A stretch of DNA of 64,000 nucleotides from a virus: the IMG/VR virus record IMGVR_UViG_3300023488_000162. The stretch is one strand, 5' to 3'. The position numbers and the translations under genes were made by a program. Under the pieces are notes generated by a model. It searched no databases, was not told the DNA's origin, and worked only from the letters and a program-made list of their open reading frames with translations. Below are positions 38,279-45,861 of this stretch, one piece after another. The stretch's first letter is position 1, and each line of letters starts with the position of its first letter.

Positions 38279-39808
38279 TTAGTCTTCTGGAAAATGCTTC
38301 TTTGTCACCGCAACGCAAAACGGTTCAATTTCAGATCCCCAGATAGCAGTACCATAACCATACGTACTTTCAAAGACAAGCGGAAAGCCACCGATTCCAT
38401 CGAAAAGACTGCCAAGCGTAGGATTTTCACAGATATACGGCTTCATTTTCTGGAAAATCCAATACCACTGAGGCAACGCAATCGAGTTTCCGAGTGCTTT
38501 GTAACGAGGAGAATCGGCAGGTTTGTGCTTTTTACCATTCTCATCAAACCACTCGCCAATATCGGTCCATCCATCAGGAAAACCCTGTAATCGTTCACAC
38601 TCAACAGGAGTCAGGCGGCGAACAATCCATTGCAGATTCTTCGTTTCCTTCTCTACAATCAAGTCAGTAGCATCCTTGTAGTCACGAGATTTCATCGTAC
38701 TAACTTGTTCACTTTCCTTGTATTCACCAATGCGTTGCATTGCAAAGGCTTTCTTTTCAGCAACAAGCGGCATATTATTGCCACCAGTTCCCCATTGAGC
38801 CGTACAAGCCGGACTTGTATTACCTTGCTGGGTGTATCGAGCATCTTGACTATGGCTCTCAAATACAATTGGTTGATGACCATGCTCTTGTGCTCTTATT
38901 GTTCCTACAATATCGTAAGAAACATTCATTACACTACCGCCCTGATCATTCAAGACACAAATCTTTTGTTTTGAATTATGTAAAGAGGTGTTGTCTGCCA
39001 AACAAATTAACGTTTGATCTTGCAATGTAGAAAGCGTTGCACTCTTCTCGGTCTGTACCAGTGCGCCTTTGCCACCACCTTCGCATCCTGAACGAATCTT
39101 TAAAGTGTAGGCAACAGCATTACAGTCAATAGTGTTTATAGTAAAAGCAGTATCTTCTTTTACACCAGTCCCGTTCATGTTGGTTTCTCTGTCAATCATG
39201 TTTCCGACAATACAAAAGCTTTTTTCTCCCACCACTCGATCATCTTTAGCAGTGCATTCTTCAGTAATTCTGGCAAAGCTTTGCCACGTCGGGATGCTCT
39301 CGTCAGGATTCCCTGGCACGCCCGTGCGCTCAAATAGTATTTCTGCGGCACGTTGTCCTCTAAAATCCATGACAAGCGCGATTCTTTGACGACGTTGGGG
39401 CACTCCCCAATATTGAGCATCGAAGAGTCTCCATGCCAAAGACCATCCATTACCGGAAATTGCGCCGGATTTAGACCATTTTCCGCCTTTTCCCGAAGGT
39501 TTAGGAATTGTAGCGTCTGCTTCGACGATGTGTGCAAATTCTTCCAAGACACATCGGAAGTCTTCTCCGTTGTTTGAGGAAAGTGCTCCTCTAACATTTT
39601 CCCAGATTGCAAATTTTGGACATTCTCCATTGGTGGCATCCCTCATTTCCTTTATCACACGAATCATTTCCATAAATAGACCAGACCGTTCTCCAGCCAA
39701 ACCTGCCCGCTTACCGGCAATAGAAAGGTCTTGGCTAACAAGGTGAACCACCAGTAATACACGAGACAGGCTCAATCTTAGAACCATCAATCTCGCAAAT
39801 ACTTCCAT
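38279..39808 (-). CDS. C5-cytosine DNA methyltransferase homolog with circularly permuted motif order and Ser replacing the catalytic Cys
   Basis: Motif order along the protein is IV-like (HLVSQDLSIAGKRAGLAGERSGLF), VI (ENVRG), VIII (GVPQRRQR), a variable TRD, IX (LTPVECERLQGFPDGW), X (GNSIALP), then I (LFDGIGGF) and II/III (SEIEPFCVAVTKKHFP) at the C-terminus. The expected PCQ is VSQ. The Ser codon AGC was confirmed in the DNA. Confidence 0.6.
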   Translation of the reverse strand: MEVFARLMVLRLSLSRVLLVVHLVSQDLSIAGKRAGLAGERSGLFMEMIRVIKEMRDATNGECPKFAIWENVRGALSSNNGEDFRCVLEEFAHIVEADATIPKPSGKGGKWSKSGAISGNGWSLAWRLFDAQYWGVPQRRQRIALVMDFRGQRAAEILFERTGVPGNPDESIPTWQSFARITEECTAKDDRVVGEKSFCIVGNMIDRETNMNGTGVKEDTAFTINTIDCNAVAYTLKIRSGCEGGGKGALVQTEKSATLSTLQDQTLICLADNTSLHNSKQKICVLNDQGGSVMNVSYDIVGTIRAQEHGHQPIVFESHSQDARYTQQGNTSPACTAQWGTGGNNMPLVAEKKAFAMQRIGEYKESEQVSTMKSRDYKDATDLIVEKETKNLQWIVRRLTPVECERLQGFPDGWTDIGEWFDENGKKHKPADSPRYKALGNSIALPQWYWIFQKMKPYICENPTLGSLFDGIGGFPLVFESTYGYGTAIWGSEIEPFCVAVTKKHFPED

Positions 39809-39835
39809 AATGTTTCACCAAACCACCTCCTTTTA

Positions 39836-39856
39836 GTATCCTGTGTTACATAGCTA
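39836..39856 (-). promoter_or_regulatory. Conserved 21-bp motif, copy E (GTATCCTGTGTTACATAGCTA on +), 27 nt upstream of the MTase-like start
   Basis: Immediately follows the tRNA-operon terminator hairpin. Confidence 0.5.
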
Positions 39857-39871
39857 AATCTCCGAAAATGA

Positions 39872-39915
39872 GCGAAAAAATAATATGACGTTGATGCGTC
39901 TATTATTTTTTTCGC
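39872..39915 (-). terminator. AT-rich intrinsic terminator-like hairpin downstream of the tRNA array
   Basis: GCGAAAAAATAATA, a 15-nt loop, then TATTATTTTTTTCGC. On the minus strand it is followed by TCATTTTCGG. Confidence 0.45.
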
Positions 39916-39960
39916 TTATAAAACAAAAATTCTAGCAGATTTTATGTATACCCTATTGGG

Positions 39961-40038
39961 CTGGTGGGACAGGCAAGATTTGAACTCGCGACCAAGCGGT
40001 TATGAGCCGCCAGCTCTGACCAACTGAGCTACTATCCC
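39961..40038 (-). tRNA. tRNA-Met (anticodon CAT; could also be Ile2/lysidine type), CCA encoded
   Basis: Hand fold: acceptor GGGATAG/CTGTCCC, D-arm AGCTCAGTTGG, anticodon loop CTCATAA, T-arm GCGAGTTCAAATCTTGC. Confidence 0.75.
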
Positions 40039-40064
40039 ATGCAAACGCCGATTTTCATCGGCGC

Positions 40065-40136
40065 GATGCCAGCGAAGGAATCGAACCTTATCTCTCGGCG
40101 TTTCCGAGCGCTTTTACCATTAAGCTATCCAGCCGT
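40065..40136 (-). tRNA. tRNA-like sequence, degenerate. Possible pseudo-tRNA or non-canonical tRNA.
   Basis: Clear D-arm (TAGCTTAATGGTAAAAGC) and T-arm (AAGGTTCGATTCCTT), but the acceptor strands are not complementary by hand and the anticodon arm folds as CTCGG-AAACG-CCGAG, a 5-nt loop. Confidence 0.3.
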
Positions 40137-40265
40137 ATACCTCAGAATTTAATTCTCACTATCCAAGCTACGTCGCGTTCCAATATGATCACTCTTGGCA
40201 ACCATGTCGTAACATATAGGCTTCTTTCGGCTCTGAGCAACCGGTGCAGCGTAAGGGGCTGCGTG

Positions 40266-40341
40266 TGGAGCGACTGACGGAGTACGATCCCGCAACATTC
40301 GGAATGGAAAACCGACGCTCTGCCAATTGAACTACAGTCGC
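40266..40341 (-). tRNA. tRNA-Gly (anticodon TCC), CCA encoded
   Basis: Acceptor GCGACTG/CAGTCGC, anticodon loop TTTCCAT, unusual T-loop ATCGTAC closed by G-U pairs. Confidence 0.6.
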
Positions 40342-40443
40342 ATAAGAACCCAACTTACAAAGCACTACTGCACCATCACTGGCGAGCTGGGAATAATAGT
40401 GGTCAAAGGAGTTCAACCATGAACAACAACAATTCATGACCGT

Positions 40444-40527
40444 GGTGCGGATAGTGGGGGTCGAACCCACACGCCTTGCGGCACAGGAACCTAAATCCTG
40501 CGCGTCTGCCAATTCCACCATATCCGC
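40444..40527 (-). tRNA. tRNA-Leu (anticodon TAG), type II with long variable arm, CCA encoded
   Basis: Acceptor GCGGATA/TATCCGC, anticodon stem-loop CAGGA-TTTAGGT-TCCTG, T-arm GTGGGTTCGACCCCCAC. Confidence 0.7.
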
Positions 40528-40532
40528 ATAAA

Positions 40533-40603
40533 TTGCGCCAACAGGGGTCGAACCTGTGATGGAGGAGTCAAAGTCCTCTGCCTTACCGCTTGGCGATGGC
40601 GCA
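40533..40603 (-). tRNA. tRNA-Gln (anticodon TTG)
   Basis: Acceptor TGCGCCA/TGGCGCA, D-arm GCCAAGCGGTAAGGC (Gln-type), anticodon loop CTTTGAC, T-arm ACAGGTTCGACCCCTGT. No CCA encoded. Confidence 0.7.
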
Positions 40604-40691
40604 TCATATACCCCGCTTACTACGCCACATTGCTCTGTTTCCAGAGAGCCGGGAATAATGTGAATGAAAAATTCTACATGCCCTTTCGGGC

Positions 40692-40767
40692 TGGTCCGAG
40701 TGACAGGTCATGATCCTGCGGCCTCATGCTCCCAAAGCACGCGCTCTTCCAACTGAGCTACACCCGG
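40692..40767 (-). tRNA. tRNA-Pro (anticodon TGG), CCA encoded
   Basis: Acceptor CCGGGTG/CACTCGG, D-arm GCTCAGTTGGAAGAGC, anticodon loop TTTGGGA, unusual T-loop ATCATGA. Confidence 0.6.
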
Positions 40768-40774
40768 ATATAAA

Positions 40775-40858
40775 TGCCACCGACGGGATTTGAACCCGTA
40801 CTCTGTTGCCAGAAAGGGATTTTAAGTCCCTCGTGCCTGCCAATTTCACCACGGTGGC
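40775..40858 (-). tRNA. tRNA-Leu (anticodon TAA), type II
   Basis: Acceptor GCCACCG/CGGTGGC, anticodon stem-loop AGGGA-CTTAAAA-TCCCT, long variable arm, T-arm ACGGGTTCAAATCCCGT. Confidence 0.7.
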
Positions 40859-40863
40859 TTATA

Positions 40864-40945
40864 TGCCCAAAATGGGATTCGAACCCATACGCTTTCGCAG
40901 AGTTGTTTGAGAACTCCATGTCTGCCTACATTCCATCATTTGGGC
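40864..40945 (-). tRNA. tRNA-Leu (anticodon CAA), type II
   Basis: Acceptor GCCCAAA/TTTGGGC, anticodon stem-loop GAGTT-CTCAAAC-AACTC, variable arm TGCGAAAGCGT, T-arm ATGGGTTCGAATCCCAT. Confidence 0.65.
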
Positions 40946-41012
40946 TTATATCGCCGGTCTTTCCCGGCTGTCAGCCCCGCGCAGGGCATTTCGGAGGAAG
41001 AAAATATCTTAG

Positions 41013-43223
41013 TTATTCGTGCCGATTCTCATAGAATTCATTCCGTAACTGAATAATACCCTTCTTGCAAAAAGATTCCTGGTCTTTCTCTCGTTGCTCA
41101 CGCATCCAACCATAGAACAGGTTATCCTCAGCAGTAAACAACTTTGCGGTATTTTCATAATAGCCACGCTTCTGAACGCTCTGCATAACACCACGCAAGA
41201 ACTTCCAGTGCTTATAATAAGGAAGCTTCATCTTAAACATGAAATTGTTGCTATCTCGCAAAACAAAACCTTCAACGTGTTCAAAGCCATGATGCAGATA
41301 GTTCTCGTTCATGACTTTCTCGTACCAAGGATAGAATTCACTCCAGCTCTCAAAGATTTTAACCTTCTCCTTAATCTGCAAATGACACTTTTCAGCAACA
41401 CGCTTCAGATCATCGAAATCCATCACACTGAAGTTCATATCATTCGCAACAATATCCAGCAAAACAATGTGCGGTTTCTTGTATTCGATGATATGAGCAT
41501 CATTTACAGGATCAATCACCTCAAAAATAATGGAACCATTCTCTTTTGCAACTTCCTTCAGATTCTTACGGTCTTCATCAGAAGTCGTATCCATGAGAAT
41601 CTTTCGGAACATATCTGCAAAAGGCCCTTCAGGAGTGGATTTACTTGCAATGAACAGACCATCCTGTTCTGCATCATACGAGACAATGCCAAGAAATCCG
41701 TTTTCCTTCAGATATGCAGTCACCGGGAACTTCAAAGTGTTCTGTAGGTTTCCAATTCTCGTTTCATTCCGCTCATCGACCGCAAAGAACTTATCATAGC
41801 TTCGAGCTACAATCTTATTCGTCTTTGTGTTAATGAACAATCCCCTTGCTTTGGTAGAAACCTCATCCCAGTGCTTCTTATAAAATGCTTCACGAGAGAA
41901 GTTGAAAGAAGAAATATCTCCGAATCGCTTCTCAAACACATATTTGCTTTGACGCATCTTACTGACAAGTTCTGCGTTATCGAACTCAGTTTTCATTTCA
42001 ACGGCAGTTTCAGTCTTTGGCTCCTCTTTTCGGAACACATCATTCTTTGTTTCTACACATTTGATTGACTGACCATGTTCAAGTTCCACGCAACGGAGAT
42101 ATCCACCAAACTCGATTTTTCCTTCGAGGTTGTAGCACCGATGCCCCATATCAATAGGAACATCCTGCACATTTCGATGACCGAAGATCTGAATGTAGCT
42201 ATCTGGCATCGATTTTTCCCAAGACTCAGCCACGGTTAGCATATCAGGATAGCGACCTACACCTTTAATCATCTGGTCAGCAGATACAGAAGGAAGAAAA
42301 TAAGGCAGATAACTCAAACCACCGTGGCTCACGAAATACCGCTTCCCATCATACTCAAAGTAGGCACATTGGCCAACTCTGGAATAGATCTTACGAGCAG
42401 TGTTCTTATCAATACCGGCTTTAAAGAGCTGCGGACGAGTGTAGTTTGCAAACTCTTCACTCTGAACCGGTTCATCATGCCCCCACTTGTTCAGCCAACG
42501 CTCGTGATTCCCTTCCAAAAGGATCACATTCTTGCGGTTGTTGTTTACAACATCACACAAGAACTTGAATACCTCAACGTTTTCAATGCCACGATCAAGA
42601 TAATCACCAACGAAGATATAAAGTTCGTCGTCCTTCATCTCACCAAGGTATTCACTTAAACAAGTATAACAGCCATGAACATCACCGATGACATGAATCT
42701 TCTTCCACTGGTTGAAGTCATTCGGACAGTAGTTCAAATCGGACATCACATCCGTAGTAGAAGGAAGAACTGTCACGCCAGAAGGAACTTTTTGAGTAGC
42801 AAACCGAGCGTACATCTTATCAATAGCCGCTTCAGGAACTCGCTTCAGCCATTCTCTCTGAGCGTTTCTTCGTTTGCATTCCTCGATCGGAAGGTCCGTC
42901 ATGTTAATAACATACATCCGATAACGATACTGTTTTGCAAGATTCTTATAACGATTCATTTCGACCGTCTTGGAATTCGTTGCATCAATCACGGTAAACT
43001 CGCCATGACTCATACGCACCTCAAGCAGTTTGAAAAGCATCTCCCATACAACATCATCATTCTGCGGAGAAATCTCCATCTGCCCAGCAGGTGTTTCCTG
43101 TGCGCTCTGGCACATAAGGCGAAGTGTATCAGCACTCAATACGTACTGCTCAAGATTATGCTCTTTAATATAGGTGGACTTCCCGCATCCGGGTGCTCCA
43201 CGGAAAAGAAGCAAAGTTCTCAT
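41013..43223 (-). CDS. Pnkp-like RNA repair enzyme: polynucleotide 5'-kinase + metallophosphoesterase (2',3'-phosphatase type) + ligase-like nucleotidyltransferase domain
   Basis: N-terminal P-loop FRGAPGCGKST. Central calcineurin-like motifs GDVHGC, GDYLDRG and GNHE. C-terminal covalent-nucleotidyltransferase motifs YLKENGF (I, KxNG), IIFEVID (III), VEGFVLRD (IV) and FKMKLPYYK (V, KxK). Confidence 0.65.
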   Translation of the reverse strand: MRTLLLFRGAPGCGKSTYIKEHNLEQYVLSADTLRLMCQSAQETPAGQMEISPQNDDVVWEMLFKLLEVRMSHGEFTVIDATNSKTVEMNRYKNLAKQYRYRMYVINMTDLPIEECKRRNAQREWLKRVPEAAIDKMYARFATQKVPSGVTVLPSTTDVMSDLNYCPNDFNQWKKIHVIGDVHGCYTCLSEYLGEMKDDELYIFVGDYLDRGIENVEVFKFLCDVVNNNRKNVILLEGNHERWLNKWGHDEPVQSEEFANYTRPQLFKAGIDKNTARKIYSRVGQCAYFEYDGKRYFVSHGGLSYLPYFLPSVSADQMIKGVGRYPDMLTVAESWEKSMPDSYIQIFGHRNVQDVPIDMGHRCYNLEGKIEFGGYLRCVELEHGQSIKCVETKNDVFRKEEPKTETAVEMKTEFDNAELVSKMRQSKYVFEKRFGDISSFNFSREAFYKKHWDEVSTKARGLFINTKTNKIVARSYDKFFAVDERNETRIGNLQNTLKFPVTAYLKENGFLGIVSYDAEQDGLFIASKSTPEGPFADMFRKILMDTTSDEDRKNLKEVAKENGSIIFEVIDPVNDAHIIEYKKPHIVLLDIVANDMNFSVMDFDDLKRVAEKCHLQIKEKVKIFESWSEFYPWYEKVMNENYLHHGFEHVEGFVLRDSNNFMFKMKLPYYKHWKFLRGVMQSVQKRGYYENTAKLFTAEDNLFYGWMREQREKDQESFCKKGIIQLRNEFYENRHE

Positions 43224-43293
43224 TACTTTCTCTCCTTTTACTTAACGCATTATCGTTATTTATTCATTTCCAATTCTTCATAAAATGTCTATT

Positions 43294-43677
43294 TTAGTTC
43301 AACTCTTCCAGCTTCTTCATCAGCTGGTCTACGTCCATATCTTCCAGCTCCTTGTCCTTCTTCTTTGCCACAATCTTCATAATCTTATCGCGCTGCGCCT
43401 TCTTCTCGGCTGCATCCACACGAGCCTCAGATTCAGCCAGCTTGACAGACACGATATACTTGACCAGCTCAATCTTGTTTGCCAGTTCGGTATCTTCGGC
43501 ACTCTTAACAGCCAGCAAGGAGTCTTCGTCTGCGGTCTTCTTCTGACGATTCAGGGTCTTAAAAATCGCATCTAGTGCCTCGACACTCAGATCCCACAGA
43601 TCTTCAACAGTCATAATACCCTTATAGTTGAAGCGATAGCGATTACGGGTTGCAATTTCAAACAGATTCTTTTCCAT
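43294..43677 (-). CDS. Hypothetical helical protein
   Basis: 127-aa ORF with a Lys/Glu-rich C-terminus. Confidence 0.35.
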   Translation of the reverse strand: MEKNLFEIATRNRYRFNYKGIMTVEDLWDLSVEALDAIFKTLNRQKKTADEDSLLAVKSAEDTELANKIELVKYIVSVKLAESEARVDAAEKKAQRDKIMKIVAKKKDKELEDMDVDQLMKKLEELN

Positions 43678-43691
43678 AATAATTTCTCCTC

Positions 43692-45770
43692 TTAAATAAC
43701 AACTTTCAGAACCCGCTCAGTAGCGCCCTGAACCTTGACAACAAAGGAATCATGTTTCGTCTCAGAGAACCCAACGCCGGACAGCTGGTCATCTACCGAC
43801 TGAACTGCCATCTGAGAACCAAGAGCCTCAAATACTCGCTTATGCTGTAACAGTTCCGCCTTCAGGAATTCATTGTAGAAGCCATTGGGCTTTTCAGGGT
43901 TAACACAATCCTTGAGCATGAAGAAGTAGTGACGGTTGCCATTACCAGTCTGTTCATCCCAGTAGTTCGGAGAGTACATCACAACAGACACAGGCACGAA
44001 CTGATTGGAATTTACACCCCAGATCTCGCGGGTGCTAGTAGAACTGGGCAGCAGCTCCTTGATAGAGAATTTGCCATCCTTCAGCGTGACTTTTGCCACG
44101 GCGACATTCTGACCCTGATGCAGCGGCTTATCATAGTTAAACGAGTAGATGTTGCCATCAAATTCGATTTCAGCACGGAAACCAGTTTTACCACCACGAT
44201 TAGCGTAGCAGTTTACATAGAAGCTGTACTCGCCCTCCTTCATCTTTTTGATGTCAGGCCAGGTGATATTCTCGACCGCAGCTTTCCCCTGATTAGGACA
44301 ACGGATATCAACATCTAGGCGGCCATCAGTACGAGGATTCCACTTATCGCCATAATAGATATGATTCTTATCAGGTTCAATGCAATGAGCATCCTCATCG
44401 TTTTCATCCCATTCACCCGACACATCGTTCCACTGGATCGAGAAACGCAGCACACCATCCACCTTGCCGCCAGCAGCCTTAACGTTTTCGCGAATATCGC
44501 TGTCTGTCATATTACCTGTATACGCCCAACTGAAACCATTAGGCCACTTGAACATGCTCGGCGCACTCTTATCCTGCGGTGCAATCAAAGACATCATATT
44601 CTTCTCAAAACGATTCTCCATGAACAGTTCTAAGCCAGTCGCAGTCGGAAGAACATCCCTGATGAATTTATCGATACCGATTTCTTCTGCACGGCCAAAC
44701 TTCTTCGGATCAATCGCAACAGTCTTAGCCATTGCCTCAAACGGATTCACAGCGCCCATCACACGAGGGGCAGCATCACGGTTGCAGAACATGATGTTGT
44801 TGATAGTAACATCATCCAGAGTGGCGAACCGACGACCCAGACTGCTCATATAGCCAAGTTCGGTGACAGTCTTCTTTGCATCTTCCAACATCTTCTTGGT
44901 AAAAATCGCCTTGGGACGCTTATAGTTTGCAGGAGCAACAACTTTCTCGAAAGCAGTAACGGCTGCATCCACGTTCATACCCTCACTCAGATTTACCAGC
45001 AAAGTACCGATAGCGGTGTTACGGATACGAAGCTGTCCTATATCGCTCCACGCCGGTGCCAACCAAACATATGCGGCCTTGTTCTCAGTCGGAGTATTGT
45101 CGTATTCGATTTTGTTAGTCTTGAATACCTTGACGGCGTTTTCAAATTCCTTACCACGATACAGACTATTCTGTGCAATCAGCTCCAGAACAGTATCAAC
45201 AGCATCCATGGTCAGTTCTTCCAGAGAACGCTTATATACGTTTGCGGAATCACGCCACTGAGCCATCTTGGTAGCAACGTCATCAGGCCGCACAATGAAA
45301 CGCTGCGGAATCTTGACTGCGAAATGGTCCCAAGTATGCACATCCTTGTGATTTTCATCGTACTCGTAGTTCATCTCGGTGCCGAACATATCGCCAGAAC
45401 CAATCATATTGCGACTGACAAAGTACGGATTCACAATAGTGCGGCTCTTCACATAAGCATCCATGGCGTCCACAACAGGCTGATACTTGACAGACTTTGC
45501 ATCAAAATCCCACACAGTAATCATTTTTCCATCATCAAACGCTACTAGCTTGCCGATATTCTTCACGAAACGGCGGCAGCAGGAACAGTCATACTCGCGC
45601 CGTTTACGGAACAACTCATTCGTGCCAGCCGGGAAGCTGTCGAGATACAGATTGTACAGTTCATCCTCGTCTGCATCGGTGATAAACAGAGGGTTTTCGC
45701 CCTTCACCATCTCATTGAAGTGGTCTTGCAGCAGTGCACGAAATTTCTTGAAATCAGACATTGTTATCAT
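43692..45770 (-). CDS. Large hypothetical protein (692 aa), unknown function
   Basis: Long ORF with a GGAG-type RBS, preceded by motif copy F. Contains a CSCCRRF motif. No family recognised by eye. Confidence 0.45.
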   Translation of the reverse strand: MITMSDFKKFRALLQDHFNEMVKGENPLFITDADEDELYNLYLDSFPAGTNELFRKRREYDCSCCRRFVKNIGKLVAFDDGKMITVWDFDAKSVKYQPVVDAMDAYVKSRTIVNPYFVSRNMIGSGDMFGTEMNYEYDENHKDVHTWDHFAVKIPQRFIVRPDDVATKMAQWRDSANVYKRSLEELTMDAVDTVLELIAQNSLYRGKEFENAVKVFKTNKIEYDNTPTENKAAYVWLAPAWSDIGQLRIRNTAIGTLLVNLSEGMNVDAAVTAFEKVVAPANYKRPKAIFTKKMLEDAKKTVTELGYMSSLGRRFATLDDVTINNIMFCNRDAAPRVMGAVNPFEAMAKTVAIDPKKFGRAEEIGIDKFIRDVLPTATGLELFMENRFEKNMMSLIAPQDKSAPSMFKWPNGFSWAYTGNMTDSDIRENVKAAGGKVDGVLRFSIQWNDVSGEWDENDEDAHCIEPDKNHIYYGDKWNPRTDGRLDVDIRCPNQGKAAVENITWPDIKKMKEGEYSFYVNCYANRGGKTGFRAEIEFDGNIYSFNYDKPLHQGQNVAVAKVTLKDGKFSIKELLPSSTSTREIWGVNSNQFVPVSVVMYSPNYWDEQTGNGNRHYFFMLKDCVNPEKPNGFYNEFLKAELLQHKRVFEALGSQMAVQSVDDQLSGVGFSETKHDSFVVKVQGATERVLKVVI

Positions 45771-45793
45771 TCTCCATTCAAATAGTATTTTAT

Positions 45794-45814
45794 GTATCCT
45801 GTGTTATATAGTTA
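45794..45814 (-). promoter_or_regulatory. Conserved 21-bp motif, copy F (GTATCCTGTGTTATATAGTTA on +), 23 nt upstream of the 692-aa gene start
   Basis: Lies between the terminator hairpin at 45830-45843 and the gene start. Confidence 0.5.
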
Positions 45815-45827
45815 CAATGTTAAAATC

Positions 45828-45861
45828 AAGGGGCCGAAGCCCCCTGTTTTTAATTTTTGTG
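45828..45861. terminator. Bidirectional intrinsic terminator-like hairpin (GGGGC-CGAA-GCCCC flanked by T-tracts)
   Basis: + strand AAGGGGCCGAAGCCCCTGTTTTTAATTTTTG. The minus strand has TTGATTTTA after the stem. Located 3' of the 45850..46776 gene. Confidence 0.55.

Noticed and set aside
40342-40443. Possible additional tRNA between tRNA-Gly and tRNA-Leu(TAG)
   Set aside because: A roughly 100-nt gap of the right size exists, but I could not fold a cloverleaf on either strand with matching acceptor, D and T arms. It is left uncalled, and tRNAscan-SE should decide.
40948-40990. Two short GC hairpins (GCCGGTCTTTCCCGGC and GCCCCGCGCAGGGC) downstream of the Pnkp-like gene, as its terminator
   Set aside because: The stems are only 4-5 bp and no U-tract follows on the minus strand. 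They may be tRNA-processing or weak structures and were not called as a terminator.
40189-41034. ORFs 40189..40521 (-) and 40774..41034 (+) inside the tRNA region
   Set aside because: They overlap multiple confidently folded tRNA genes, so they are reading-frame artefacts.
41094-43283. + strand ORFs 41094..41747, 42324..42659 and 42675..43283
   Set aside because: They are antisense to the Pnkp-like gene, with no motifs and no RBS.
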